A DNA stretch of 32,000 nt from the NCBI GenBank assembly GCA_947502265.1, contig CANMZB010000007.1, forward strand, positions 124,324 through 156,323, written 5' to 3'. Positions within the stretch are counted from its first letter, which is position 1. Each line of letters starts with the position of its first letter. Shown one piece after another: positions 1 through 8,972 of this stretch. The position numbers and the translations under genes were made by a program. The notes under the pieces were generated by a model. It was not told the DNA's origin. It searched no databases and saw nothing but the letters and a program-made list of their open reading frames with translations. This stretch comes from an uncultured Sulfitobacter sp. (GTDB taxonomy: Bacteria; Pseudomonadota; Alphaproteobacteria; Rhodobacterales; Rhodobacteraceae).

Positions 1-42
1 TGTTCGATGTGTTTCGCCTAGCTATTGCAATATTCCTAACAG

Positions 43-1410
43 ATGCGTGCGGGACACACGGATCCGTCAGAGGACTTAGGGGATATAGTAAACGTGCGGA
101 CACAGCTCGCGATTAAAACTCATGCCGTTCTGGAGAAATACTTCCCGGAGCGCCGCGTATTTCTTAAATCGGACAACGACACCCGGTTTATTCGCCTGCG
201 ACCCGCGACACAGCTGATCGCGTTTGCAGGGTCCGCGGCGCTGGTGGCTTGGGCGATTGTCGCCACAGCCATTGTTTTGATGGACAGTATCGGCGCCGGT
301 AATTTTCGCGAGCAGGCCAAGCGCGATCAACGCACCTATCAGGCCCGCCTGAACGATCTGAGCGGACAGCGCGACGGGCGCGCCGAAGAGGCGCTTGCGG
401 CGCAGGAACGCTTTAACGCCGCCCTCGCCCAGATTTCCGTGATGCAGTCCGAGCTTTTGAATTCGGAAAACCGCCGCCGCGAGCTTGAGACCGGGATCGA
501 AGTGATCCAGTCCACGCTGCGCGACACGATGAAAGACCGCGAAGCTGCGCGTACGCAGATTGCGGGTATGATGGATGAAAACGGCGGCACCGTGCAGGTC
601 GCGGCAAGCAACGCGCCGGTTGAATTTCTGGCTGATGCGCTGACGCGGACCGCCGCCGAGCGTGATCAGGTGATTATTGATGCACAGGATGCGCTGTTGC
701 AGGCCGACGAGCTGGTCCAGAAAATCGCCCTGATGGAAGAGCAGAACGACGCTATTTTCCGCCAGTTGGAAGAAGCGATGACCGTATCTGTTGCCCCGCT
801 GGACCGGATGTTCCGCGCCGCAGGGATGCCGACAGACCGCATTTTGAAGACCGTGCGCAAAGGGTATTCTGGCCAGGGTGGCCCGCTGACCCCGCTCAGC
901 TTTACCACCCGCGGCGAGCAGCCCACGAGGGACACGCTGCGCGCCAACCGTCTGCTTAACCAGATGGACAGTCTGAACCTGTACCGCATCGCGGCGGCAA
1001 AAGCGCCGTTTGCGAATCCGGTGAAGGATTCGTTCCGCTTTACCTCGCAGTTCGGGTATCGGCGCGACCCCAAGACCGGCGGCCGCCGGATGCACCAGGG
1101 TGTCGATTTTGCCGCAGGTTCCGGCACGCCGCTCTATGCAACAGCGGACGGTGTAGTTGTTCACGCCGGTTGGAGCTCAGGATATGGACGTTTGGTCAAA
1201 ATCCAGCACGAGTTCGGAATCGAAACCCGCTATGCCCACATGTCGAAAATGCGCGTGAAAGTCGGGCAAAGAGTATCGCGCGGTCAGCGGATTGGTGATA
1301 TGGGTGCATCAGGACGGGTCACCGGCGTGCATCTTCACTATGAAGTTCGCGTAAGCGGGAAACCTGTCAATCCAATGATCTATATCAAGGCAGCAAACGA
1401 TGTTTTCTAA
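43..1410 (+). CDS. M23/LytM family metallopeptidase: bitopic membrane protein with coiled-coil linker (LmdC-like)
   Basis: 455-aa ORF. It has an N-terminal hydrophobic segment (LIAFAGSAALVAWAIVATAIVLM) and a long Q/E/R/A-rich helical region. The C-terminal LytM domain carries intact HxxxD (HQGVD) and HxH (HLHYE) zinc motifs. The stop overlaps the bactofilin start by 11 nt. Confidence 0.85.
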   Translation: MRAGHTDPSEDLGDIVNVRTQLAIKTHAVLEKYFPERRVFLKSDNDTRFIRLRPATQLIAFAGSAALVAWAIVATAIVLMDSIGAGNFREQAKRDQRTYQARLNDLSGQRDGRAEEALAAQERFNAALAQISVMQSELLNSENRRRELETGIEVIQSTLRDTMKDREAARTQIAGMMDENGGTVQVAASNAPVEFLADALTRTAAERDQVIIDAQDALLQADELVQKIALMEEQNDAIFRQLEEAMTVSVAPLDRMFRAAGMPTDRILKTVRKGYSGQGGPLTPLSFTTRGEQPTRDTLRANRLLNQMDSLNLYRIAAAKAPFANPVKDSFRFTSQFGYRRDPKTGGRRMHQGVDFAAGSGTPLYATADGVVVHAGWSSGYGRLVKIQHEFGIETRYAHMSKMRVKVGQRVSRGQRIGDMGASGRVTGVHLHYEVRVSGKPVNPMIYIKAANDVF

Positions 1411-1900
1411 GAGCAAAATCAACGATCCGGCCCCAACCACCGGTGACACCAACAAGCCGGCGACGCCTGCGTCCTCCCCTGCTGCACCTGCGCAAAAGCA
1501 AAACGAATTCAAGGCCAGCGCGCCAAAGGCAAAGCCGCCTGCGTCGGTCCTGTCTGCCGATCTGCATGTGACGGGCAATATGAAAACGACCGGTGATATT
1601 CAGGTTGAAGGCACGATAGAGGGCGACATTCGTGCACATCTGCTTACCATCGGCGAGACGGCGACGATCAAGGGCGAAGTGGTTGCCGATGATGTTGTGA
1701 TCAACGGTCGCATCGTTGGCCGTGTGCGCGGCCTGAAGGTGCGTCTGACATCCACGGCGCGCGTCGAGGGTGATATTATCCACAAGACCATCGCAATCGA
1801 AAGCGGCGCGCATTTCGAAGGCTCTGTGCAGCGTCAGGACGATCCGCTGAACCCCGGCGCGAAATCTGCACCGGCACAAAAGCCGAATCCGGCATCCTAA
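1400..1900 (+). CDS. Bactofilin (polymer-forming cytoskeletal protein, DUF583 family)
   Basis: 166 aa. The N-terminus MFSKSK matches the conserved bactofilin membrane-targeting peptide. A Pro/Ala-rich linker follows, then a beta-helical repeat core (VTGNMKTTGDIQVEGTIEGDIRAHLLTIGETATIKGEVVADDVVINGRIVGRV...VEGDIIHKTIAIESGAHFEGS). Confidence 0.85.
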   Translation: MFSKSKINDPAPTTGDTNKPATPASSPAAPAQKQNEFKASAPKAKPPASVLSADLHVTGNMKTTGDIQVEGTIEGDIRAHLLTIGETATIKGEVVADDVVINGRIVGRVRGLKVRLTSTARVEGDIIHKTIAIESGAHFEGSVQRQDDPLNPGAKSAPAQKPNPAS

Positions 1901-2018
1901 AGCGCCCCGCCTCAAACTCGAATCACCAATACCTTTCGGCGCTCTCGCGGCATTGGCAACAAGAGTGACTCAGGTTAAAGGCGGGACGCTTTAAGCCGGA
2001 CACCAGATCTATTCCGGA

Positions 2019-2050
2019 GCGCCGCAGTGTTTTCTGCGGCGCCTTTTCTT
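2019..2050 (+). terminator. Rho-independent terminator after the bactofilin gene
   Basis: GCGCCGCAG / CTGCGGCGC 9-bp GC-rich stem with a 6-nt loop, followed by TTTTCTTT. Confidence 0.6.
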
Positions 2051-2086
2051 TGAGCATGGTTGTTCGCCCTACTCAGCCATCCAACG

Positions 2087-2120
2087 AAAAAAGGCGCTCC
2101 CTGACGGAGCGCCTTTTTTT
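2087..2120. terminator. Bidirectional terminator (ends the minus-strand cyclophilin operon and backs up the plus-strand terminator)
   Basis: AAAAAA-GGCGCTCC-CTGAC-GGAGCGCC-TTTTTTT: a perfect 8-bp stem flanked by an A-tract and a T-tract. Confidence 0.65.
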
Positions 2121-2141
2121 ATTCAGAAAGGGACGCACTCC

Positions 2142-2696
2142 TTAGTCCGTTACGCTCACCGTCTGCATTACATCCGGTGCGCCGATAACGGCACCATTCG
2201 GGCCGGTCCCGCGTTTGATCGCGTCAACCACGTCTTGCCCGTCAGTGACCTTGCCCACAACGGTGTAGTCGCCGTTAAGGAAAGGCGCTTCATCGAACAT
2301 GATGAAAAACTGGCTGTTGGCCGAATCGGGGTTTTGCGCACGGGCCATGCCCAACACACCTTTTTCAAACAGGAGGTCGGAGAATTCGGCAGGCAGGTCC
2401 GCCATGTCCGAGCCACCGGTCCCCGCGCGGCGCATGTCGCTGCCCATGCGGCCATGTTCGACATCGCCGGTTTGCGCCATAAAGCCGTCAATCACGCGGT
2501 GAAAAACCACGCCATCGTACTTTCCGTCAGCGGCCAATGCGGTGATCCGCGCGACGTGCTTTGGAGCGACATCTTCAAAAAGATCTACGGTGACGGTGCC
2601 ATTCGCCTCGCCGGCGACTTCGATCTTGAGACCGGTTGCCGCAGCAGGGCCCGCGATCAGCGCCGCGAGGGCTGTGCCTGTCAGAAACTTACGCAT
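2142..2696 (-). CDS. ppiA: Cyclophilin-type peptidyl-prolyl cis-trans isomerase, secreted/periplasmic
   Basis: 184 aa with signal peptide MRKFLTGTALAALIAGPAAATG. Cyclophilin motifs FHRVIDGFMAQTGD and NSQFFI are present. Confidence 0.85.
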   Translation of the reverse strand: MRKFLTGTALAALIAGPAAATGLKIEVAGEANGTVTVDLFEDVAPKHVARITALAADGKYDGVVFHRVIDGFMAQTGDVEHGRMGSDMRRAGTGGSDMADLPAEFSDLLFEKGVLGMARAQNPDSANSQFFIMFDEAPFLNGDYTVVGKVTDGQDVVDAIKRGTGPNGAVIGAPDVMQTVSVTD

Positions 2697-3195
2697 CCGC
2701 AGCTACCTTGACGCTGATCATGCGGTCGGGATTCGCGGGTGGCTCGCCCTTGGCGATGTTGTCCACATGTGCCATTCCGTCGATCACCAAACCGTAGACA
2801 GTGTATTCCCCGTTGAGGAAATCATTGTCTTTGAAGTTGATGAAGAACTGGCTGTTGGCGGAATTCGGGTTGGCCGAACGCGCCGCCCCCAGAGAGCCGC
2901 GCGCATGCGGGATCTTGGAGAATTCGGCAGGCACATCGGGGTGCTCAGAGCTGCCGGTGCCGGCGCGACCGGGGTTATAGTCTTTTTCCATATTGGCGTG
3001 CTCTACATCGCCGGTCTGGGCCATGAAGCCCGGGATCACGCGGTGGAACGCCACGTTGTCATATGCACCGGCGCGCGCCAGCTCTTTCATCCGCGCGACA
3101 TGCTTGGGCGCGACATCGGGCAACAGCTCGATTGTGACAGTGCCGTCTTTCAGTTCCATCAGGATAGTATTTTCCGGGTCTTTGATCTCGGCCAT
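2689..3195 (-). CDS. ppiB: Cyclophilin-type peptidyl-prolyl cis-trans isomerase, cytoplasmic
   Basis: Motifs FHRVIPGFMAQTGD and NSQFFI, with no signal peptide. The start is placed at ATG 3195 (MAEIKD...) because AAGGAG lies 6 nt upstream; the track start at 3210 sits inside that RBS. Overlaps the downstream ppiA start by 8 nt. Confidence 0.85.
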   Translation of the reverse strand: MAEIKDPENTILMELKDGTVTIELLPDVAPKHVARMKELARAGAYDNVAFHRVIPGFMAQTGDVEHANMEKDYNPGRAGTGSSEHPDVPAEFSKIPHARGSLGAARSANPNSANSQFFINFKDNDFLNGEYTVYGLVIDGMAHVDNIAKGEPPANPDRMISVKVAADA

Positions 3196-3326
3196 GGGGG
3201 GCTCCTTCATAAATATACCGTGTTACCTAAGGCGCGCGACGAGAATTGCCAAGCAGGTGCATTGACCCTCGGCAATATAACGGCAAAACAGCACGCGGAA
3301 CCGACGGAATGACAAGGAATACCGCC

Positions 3327-4520
3327 ATGGGCTGGAAATCACTCGACGATATGGAACTGCACGACAAACGCGTGCTGGTACGGGTCGACATCAACGTGCC
3401 AATGGAAAACGACCGCGTCAGCGATGCCACCCGGATCGAGCGGATCGTACCAACGGTGCGCGATATTCTGGCCAAAGGCGGCAAACCGATGCTGTTGGCG
3501 CATTTCGGACGGCCAAAGGGCAAGGTAAATCTGGATATGAGCCTGCGGCAGGTGCTGCCTGCGCTGCGCGATGCGCTGGCGTGTTCAGTTGCGTTTGTTG
3601 AAACGCTGGCCGGGGCCGAGGCGATGACATCCGAAGCGGCGCTGGCCGATGTGATCCTGCTTGAGAACATCCGGTTCTACCCCGGCGAAGAAGCGAATGA
3701 TCCGGCGTTTGCCGCGCGCATTGCGGCTTTGGGGGATGTGTTTTGCAACGATGCGTTCTCGGCGGCGCACCGCGCGCATGCCTCGACCGAAGGCATTGCG
3801 CATCATCTGCCGTCGTGCGCGGGGCGCCTGATGCAGGCGGAGCTTTCGGCGCTTGAATCGGCGCTTGCCAAGCCGGAACGCCCTGTGGGGGCTGTGGTGG
3901 GCGGAGCCAAGGTTTCGACCAAGATCGCGTTGCTGGAAAACCTTGTGAACCGCCTTGATCTGCTGGTGATCGGCGGTGGCATGGCCAATACGTTTTTGGC
4001 GGCGCAAGGCGCGCACCTTGGCGCGTCGCTGTGCGAGCCGGATTACCTTGAGACCGCGCGCGAGATCATGGCGCAGGCAGAGAAAGCCGGTTGTCGCGTG
4101 TTGCTGCCCGTAGACGGATTGGTCGCGCGGGAGTTCAAGGAAGGTGCTGCACATGAGATAGCGCAGCTTGGCGCCGATACCGTTCTGGAGGATGACCAGA
4201 TGGTGCTGGATGCGGGACCGGACAGCATTGCCTTGATACATGCCGCTTTTGACGGGTTGAAAACGCTGATCTGGAACGGCCCCCTCGGCGCGTTCGAGAT
4301 TGCGCCCTTTGATACCGCAACCGTCGCCGCAGCGCAGCACGCCGCCGCGCGTACCCGCGAGGGCGCGTTGATTAGCGTCGCAGGCGGGGGCGATACTATT
4401 GCCGCCCTTAATCAAGCGGGCGCGGCGGATGATTTCACCTATATTTCCACCGCAGGCGGTGCGTTTCTTGAGTGGATGGAAGGCAAAACATTGCCGGGTG
4501 TGGCGGCCTTGGGCGGCTGA
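3327..4520 (+). CDS. pgk: Phosphoglycerate kinase
   Basis: Typical Pgk sequence ([37 protein letters not shown]-like [10 protein letters not shown]). Start chosen at ATG 3327 (MGWKSLDD), preceded by AAGGAA at a 7-nt spacing, giving 397 aa. The track start at 3246 adds an atypical extension. Confidence 0.92.
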   Translation: MGWKSLDDMELHDKRVLVRVDINVPMENDRVSDATRIERIVPTVRDILAKGGKPMLLAHFGRPKGKVNLDMSLRQVLPALRDALACSVAFVETLAGAEAMTSEAALADVILLENIRFYPGEEANDPAFAARIAALGDVFCNDAFSAAHRAHASTEGIAHHLPSCAGRLMQAELSALESALAKPERPVGAVVGGAKVSTKIALLENLVNRLDLLVIGGGMANTFLAAQGAHLGASLCEPDYLETAREIMAQAEKAGCRVLLPVDGLVAREFKEGAAHEIAQLGADTVLEDDQMVLDAGPDSIALIHAAFDGLKTLIWNGPLGAFEIAPFDTATVAAAQHAAARTREGALISVAGGGDTIAALNQAGAADDFTYISTAGGAFLEWMEGKTLPGVAALGG

Positions 4521-4570
4521 TGCCCGCTTGATGTAGAATACCCACAAATTTCGACCAAACGTGCCGGTAC

Positions 4571-4598
4571 GATTCGCAAGGGATTCCTTTTGCGAATC
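4571..4598 (+). terminator. Hairpin downstream of pgk (possible weak terminator)
   Basis: GATTCGCAA / TTGCGAATC perfect 9-bp inverted repeat with a 10-nt loop, followed by TCTTGTGT (poor U-tract). Confidence 0.35.
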
Positions 4599-4676
4599 TC
4601 TTGTGTCATAGTGAAAAAACCATCCGCAAAGAGGTGGCGAGAGCAGCATTTCATTCAGGCATCCCAAGGCACCTTC

Positions 4677-4967
4677 ATGAGCAGACCGGCATTCGGCCCC
4701 CTCCTCTTTTTCGCCATCGCATTCGCGCTGAGCCTCTATTTCACCTTTGCCGCCGTGCAAGGCGACTTTGGCCTCTTCCGGCGCGCCGAAATATTGGGCG
4801 AAGCCAGCGACCTGCGCATCCAGCTTACCAAAGTACGCGCGGACGTGGCGCGCATGGAAAACCTCACACATCGGTTGTCGGACGATTACCTTGACCTTGA
4901 TCTGCTTGACGAGCAGGCGCGCCGCGTGTTGGGCATGGTGCGCGCAGACGAGATTGTAATCCGCTGA
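4677..4967 (+). CDS. ftsB: Septum formation initiator family protein (FtsB/DivIC-like)
   Basis: 96 aa from ATG 4677. It has one N-terminal TM helix (GPLLFFAIAFALSLYFTFAAV) followed by a coiled coil (LRIQLTKVRADVARMENLTHRL) and the C-terminal motif LLDEQARRVLGMVRADEIV. As I recall, this small gene commonly sits upstream of pdhA in alphaproteobacteria. Confidence 0.72.
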   Translation: MSRPAFGPLLFFAIAFALSLYFTFAAVQGDFGLFRRAEILGEASDLRIQLTKVRADVARMENLTHRLSDDYLDLDLLDEQARRVLGMVRADEIVIR

Positions 4968-5041
4968 GCGTGCGTGTTTTTGCGCGCCCCGTCCCCTTTA
5001 CACAAGCCCTCTCGCCATCCCGTTTCGAATCCGGTAAGCTA

Positions 5042-5059
5042 TAGTTTAACGTTAAACTA
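5042..5059. promoter_or_regulatory. 18-bp perfect AT-rich palindrome upstream of pdhA (candidate operator)
   Basis: TAGTTTAACGTTAAACTA is its own reverse complement. It lies 43 nt upstream of the pdhA ATG in an otherwise GC-rich spacer. Confidence 0.4.
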
Positions 5060-5101
5060 CATTCGGCGCACCCCGCGCCGCACCACCGGGAGGATCGCCA
5101 T

Positions 5102-6121
5102 ATGGCCGCCAAAAAGCCCAGCGAGAAAGCTGCGCCATCGAATATATCTGCCGAGGAGCTCAAGGCGTATTACCGCGATATGCTGTTGATCCGGCGTTTC
5201 GAGGAAAAAGCGGGCCAGCTTTACGGTATGGGACTGATTGGCGGTTTTTGTCACCTCTACATCGGGCAGGAAGCCGTTGTTGTCGGCCTTGAGGCCGCGG
5301 CAGAGGAAGGCGACAAGCGCATCACCTCTTACCGCGATCACGGGCATATGCTGGCGTGCGGGATGGACCCCAACGGCGTCATGGCCGAGTTGACGGGCCG
5401 TGAAGATGGCTATTCCAAGGGCAAAGGCGGCTCCATGCACATGTTCTCGAAAGAGAAGCATTTTTATGGCGGGCACGGCATTGTTGCGGCGCAGGTGCCG
5501 CTGGGTGCGGGGCTGGCATTCGCGGATAAATACAAGGAAAACGGCCGCGTGACATTCACCTACTTCGGTGACGGTGCGGCGAACCAGGGCCAGGTTTACG
5601 AGACGTTCAACATGGCCGCTCTCTGGCAACTGCCCTGTATTTTCGTGATCGAGAACAACCAGTACGCCATGGGGACATCGCAGCAACGCTCGACCTCCTC
5701 GCCCGAAATCTATGAACGCGGCAAGGCCTTTGGCATCCCCGGAGAGGCGGTCGATGGTATGGATGTGCTGGCCGTGAAAGCCGCAGGCGAGACGGCGGTG
5801 AAACACTGCCGGTCCGGCAAAGGCCCCTATATTCTGGAAATCAAAACGTACCGTTACCGTGGCCACTCCATGTCGGACCCTGCGAAATACCGGACCCGCG
5901 AGGAAGTTCAGAAAATGCGCGACGAGCGCGATCCCATCGAAGCCGTGCGTACTCTGCTTTTGACGGGCAAGCACGCCTCCGAAGACGATCTGAAGGCGAT
6001 CGACAAGGAGATCAAAGCCGTCGTCAACGAGAGCGCCGAGTTTGCCAAAAACAGCCCCGAACCTCACCTTGACGAGCTTTGGACCGATATTTACGCCACA
6101 GAAATCCCACAGGAGGCTTGA
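5102..6121 (+). CDS. pdhA: Pyruvate dehydrogenase E1 component, alpha subunit
   Basis: 339 aa with a TPP-binding region (GDGAANQGQVYETFNMAALWQLPCIFVIENNQYAMGTS) and YRYRGHSMSDP. GGGAGGA RBS upstream. Confidence 0.95.
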   Translation: MAAKKPSEKAAPSNISAEELKAYYRDMLLIRRFEEKAGQLYGMGLIGGFCHLYIGQEAVVVGLEAAAEEGDKRITSYRDHGHMLACGMDPNGVMAELTGREDGYSKGKGGSMHMFSKEKHFYGGHGIVAAQVPLGAGLAFADKYKENGRVTFTYFGDGAANQGQVYETFNMAALWQLPCIFVIENNQYAMGTSQQRSTSSPEIYERGKAFGIPGEAVDGMDVLAVKAAGETAVKHCRSGKGPYILEIKTYRYRGHSMSDPAKYRTREEVQKMRDERDPIEAVRTLLLTGKHASEDDLKAIDKEIKAVVNESAEFAKNSPEPHLDELWTDIYATEIPQEA

Positions 6122-6124
6122 TCC

Positions 6125-6370
6125 ATGGCAACTGAAATTCTGATGCCCGCCCTGAGCCCCACAATGGAAGAAGGCACATTGGCCAAATGGCTGGTGAAAG
6201 AAGGTGATACCGTCGCCTCCGGCGATATTATGGCCGAAATCGAAACCGACAAGGCGACGATGGAATTCGAAGCGGTCGATGAGGGGATTATCGGCAAGAT
6301 CCTGATCGAGGAAGGCACCGAAGGCGTGAAAGTGAACACCCCTATCGCAGTGCTGCTTGAGGAAGGCGAA
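6125..6370 (+). repeat. Lipoyl-domain coding repeat, copy 1 (in pdhB)
   Basis: About 246 nt, highly similar to 7508-7753. It includes a 32-nt identical run (6164-6195 = 7547-7578). Confidence 0.8.
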
Positions 6371-7495
6371 AGCGCGGACGATATTGCGGACGCGAAATCC
6401 GAACCCGCTTCGGCCCCCGCGCCCGCCGACAAGGAACAGAGCGCGCCAACGCAGAGCAAACCGGCGCCCGAACCGCAAGTGGACGCGGCTCCCGACTGGC
6501 CCGAAGGCACGAAACTGAAGCAGCAGACCGTCCGCGAAGCCTTGCGCGATGGCATGGCCGAAGAAATGCGCCACGATGAAAACGTGTTCATCATGGGCGA
6601 GGAGGTCGCCGAATATCAGGGTGCCTATAAAATCACCCAAGGGATGCTGGATGAATTCGGATCCAAGCGGGTGATTGATACGCCGATCACCGAACACGGT
6701 TTTACCGGTATCGGGGTCGGCGCGGCTTTTGGCGGGTTGAAGCCGATTGTAGAGTTCATGACTTTCAACTTTGCGATGCAGGCAATGGACCAGATCATCA
6801 ACTCGGCGGCCAAGACGCTGTATATGTCGGGTGGCCAGATGGGTGCGCCAATGGTGTTTCGGGGTCCCAACGGTGCAGCGGCGCGTGTAGGCGCGCAGCA
6901 CTCGCAGGATTACGCCGCGTGGTTCATGCAGGTTCCCGGCCTGAAAGTGGCGATGCCCTATTCCGCCTCCGATTACAAAGGTTTGATCAAAACCGCGATC
7001 CGCGATCCAAACCCTGTGATTTTTCTGGAAAACGAAATCCTGTATGGCCGTTCGTTCGATGTGCCGGACCTGGACGATTATACCGTCCCGTTCGGCAAGG
7101 CCCGCATTTGGCGGACCGGCGACGATGTAACCATCGTGAGCTTTGGAATCGGGATGACCTATGCGCTGGAGGCAGCTGACAAGCTGGCCGAAGAAGGCAT
7201 CAAGGCCGAGGTCATTGATTTGCGCACCCTGCGCCCGATGGACACGCCTGCAATCATCAAATCAGTGATGAAAACCAACCGTCTTGTGACGGTCGAGGAA
7301 GGTTGGCCGCAAGGCTCTGTCGGGAGTTATATCAGTTCTGTGGTGATGCAGGAGGCATTCGATTATCTGGATGCGCCTGTGATCTGTTGCACCGGCAAGG
7401 ATGTGCCGATGCCATATGCTGCCAACCTCGAAAAACACGCGCTCGTCACCACCGCCGAGGTGATCGAGGCCGTGAAAAAAGTTACTTACAAATAA
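6125..7495 (+). CDS. pdhB: Pyruvate dehydrogenase E1 component, beta subunit, with N-terminal lipoyl domain
   Basis: 456 aa. It has an N-terminal lipoyl domain ([13 protein letters not shown]), an Ala/Pro linker and a transketolase-like E1 beta core ([19 protein letters not shown]...). Confidence 0.95.
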   Translation: MATEILMPALSPTMEEGTLAKWLVKEGDTVASGDIMAEIETDKATMEFEAVDEGIIGKILIEEGTEGVKVNTPIAVLLEEGESADDIADAKSEPASAPAPADKEQSAPTQSKPAPEPQVDAAPDWPEGTKLKQQTVREALRDGMAEEMRHDENVFIMGEEVAEYQGAYKITQGMLDEFGSKRVIDTPITEHGFTGIGVGAAFGGLKPIVEFMTFNFAMQAMDQIINSAAKTLYMSGGQMGAPMVFRGPNGAAARVGAQHSQDYAAWFMQVPGLKVAMPYSASDYKGLIKTAIRDPNPVIFLENEILYGRSFDVPDLDDYTVPFGKARIWRTGDDVTIVSFGIGMTYALEAADKLAEEGIKAEVIDLRTLRPMDTPAIIKSVMKTNRLVTVEEGWPQGSVGSYISSVVMQEAFDYLDAPVICCTGKDVPMPYAANLEKHALVTTAEVIEAVKKVTYK

Positions 7496-7507
7496 GGAGC
7501 GGTCACG

Positions 7508-7753
7508 ATGCCCACAGAAATCCTCATGCCCGCCCTCTCGCCAACCATGGAAGAAGGCACATTGGCCAAATGGCTGGTCAAGGAAGGTGATACCGTCTCG
7601 TCCGGTGATTTGCTGGCCGAGATCGAAACCGATAAGGCCACGATGGAGTTCGAAGCCGTTGACGACGGCACGATCGGTAAACTCCTGATCGAAGCCGGAA
7701 CCGAAGGGGTCAAGGTGAACACACCCATCGCGGTTCTGCTCGAAGAAGGCGAA
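7508..7753 (+). repeat. Lipoyl-domain coding repeat, copy 2 (in pdhC)
   Basis: See copy 1. The proteins align without gaps over about 82 aa with few substitutions. Confidence 0.8.
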
Positions 7754-8836
7754 AATGTTGACGACATCGCTGAAACCTCCGCTCCACAGGAAGAAGCCCC
7801 CTCAACTGCGGCCCCTGCCGCGGTAACGGAAAAGGCCGAACCCGTTGACGAGAAGGACGCGACACCAGCTCCAACACCGGCTGCGGGCAAAAACACGCAA
7901 GGCGAGCGTATTTTTGCTTCTCCGCTGGCGCGCCGCATCGCCGCACAAAAGGGGCTCGATCTGGAAGACGTCAAGGGTTCCGGCCCGCGTGGCCGCATCG
8001 TCAAAGCGGATGTGGAGGGGCTAAGCAAATCAGACGCCCCCAAAGCTGCCGCCGCACAGACCGAGCCGGCAACGGCAGCAAAATCCGGCGGTTCCATGCC
8101 GACCGGCCCGTCTGCCGATACCGTGGTCAAGATGTACGAAGGGCGCGATTACAAGGAGATCAAGCTCGACGGGATGCGCAAAATCATTGCTACACGCCTC
8201 ACAGAAGCCAAGCAGACCGTGCCGCATTTCTATCTGCGCCGCGATATCCAACTGGATGCGCTGATGGCGTTCAGGGCAGAGTTGAACAAACAGCTTGAGC
8301 CGCGTGGCGTGAAGCTGTCGGTCAACGACTTTATCATCAAGGCCTGCGCGCTGGCGTTGCAGCAAGTACCTGAGGCCAATGCCGTCTGGGCCGGTGACCG
8401 TATTTTCCAGCTCACCGCATCCGATGTCGCCGTGGCTGTCGCCATTGAGGGCGGGCTGTTCACACCGGTCCTGAAAGATGCCCATCAAAAACCCCTCTCC
8501 GCGCTGAGCGCCGAGATGAAAGACCTCGCCAGTCGCGCGCGTGATCGCAAACTCAGCCCGCAAGAGTATCAGGGCGGCAGCTTTGCCATCTCCAACCTCG
8601 GTATGTTCGGCATCGACAATTTTGATGCGGTCATCAACCCGCCACATGCTGCGATTCTGGCCGTGGGCGCAGGGATGAAGAAACCCGTTGTCGGGAAAGA
8701 CGGCGAACTGGCGGTCGCAACCGTTATGTCCGTCACGCTTTCCGTCGATCACCGCGTTATTGATGGCGCTCTGGGCGCCGAACTACTTGGCGCGATCAAG
8801 GACAATCTCGAAGCGCCAATGACGATGCTGGCCTGA
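7508..8836 (+). CDS. pdhC: Dihydrolipoamide acetyltransferase (PDH E2)
   Basis: 442 aa with a lipoyl domain, a peripheral subunit-binding domain (ASPLARRIAAQKGLDLEDVKGSGPRGRIVKADV) and a catalytic domain with DHRVIDGA. Confidence 0.93.
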   Translation: MPTEILMPALSPTMEEGTLAKWLVKEGDTVSSGDLLAEIETDKATMEFEAVDDGTIGKLLIEAGTEGVKVNTPIAVLLEEGENVDDIAETSAPQEEAPSTAAPAAVTEKAEPVDEKDATPAPTPAAGKNTQGERIFASPLARRIAAQKGLDLEDVKGSGPRGRIVKADVEGLSKSDAPKAAAAQTEPATAAKSGGSMPTGPSADTVVKMYEGRDYKEIKLDGMRKIIATRLTEAKQTVPHFYLRRDIQLDALMAFRAELNKQLEPRGVKLSVNDFIIKACALALQQVPEANAVWAGDRIFQLTASDVAVAVAIEGGLFTPVLKDAHQKPLSALSAEMKDLASRARDRKLSPQEYQGGSFAISNLGMFGIDNFDAVINPPHAAILAVGAGMKKPVVGKDGELAVATVMSVTLSVDHRVIDGALGAELLGAIKDNLEAPMTMLA

Positions 8837-8921
8837 GGTCTTCATTTGGCCGGTAACCTCTGGGGAGTGTGAGGGGCTAGCCCCTCGCCGTCGCCCCGAG
8901 GCGACCACATATCGCATAAAA

Positions 8922-8948
8922 GGCCGGAGCGCAGCTCCGGCCTTTTTT
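8922..8948. terminator. Bidirectional rho-independent terminator between convergent pdhC and cysE
   Basis: GGCCGGAGC-GCA-GCTCCGGCC perfect 9-bp stem, followed by TTTTTT and preceded by AAAA. Confidence 0.75.
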
Positions 8949-8972
8949 CATTTCAACAGCATCCGCAGAACC

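Noticed and set aside
1901-2018. Possible small RNA in the 118 nt between the bactofilin stop and the first terminator
   Set aside because: I see no promoter-like element or conserved structure. It is most simply the bactofilin 3' UTR. It cannot be evaluated without transcript data.
3246-3326. Longer N-terminal extensions offered by the ORF track for pgk, and likewise for ppiB, ftsB, acpP, portal, g1, g6, g7, g10 and g14
   Set aside because: The internal ATGs have proper Shine-Dalgarno sequences or ATGA/TGATG coupling and give proteins of canonical length. Several of the track starts are GTG or TTG without an RBS.
5057-6901. 614-aa ORF on the minus strand, antisense to pdhA/pdhB
   Set aside because: It is a high-GC antisense artefact. 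It is entirely shadowed by two genes with unambiguous PDH motifs, its product is Arg/Gly/His-rich and low in complexity, and I recognise no family or RBS. The same reasoning applies to 3585-4871 (antisense to pgk) and 29179-30384 (antisense to fabD).
8837-8921. Two extra small hairpins after pdhC (GAGGGGC-TA-GCCCCTC and GTCGCC-CCGA-GGCGAC), considered as a repeat element
   Set aside because: They are short, have no second copy in the window and lie just upstream of a clear bidirectional terminator. They are most likely part of the 3' UTR structure, with too little evidence for a REP-like family.
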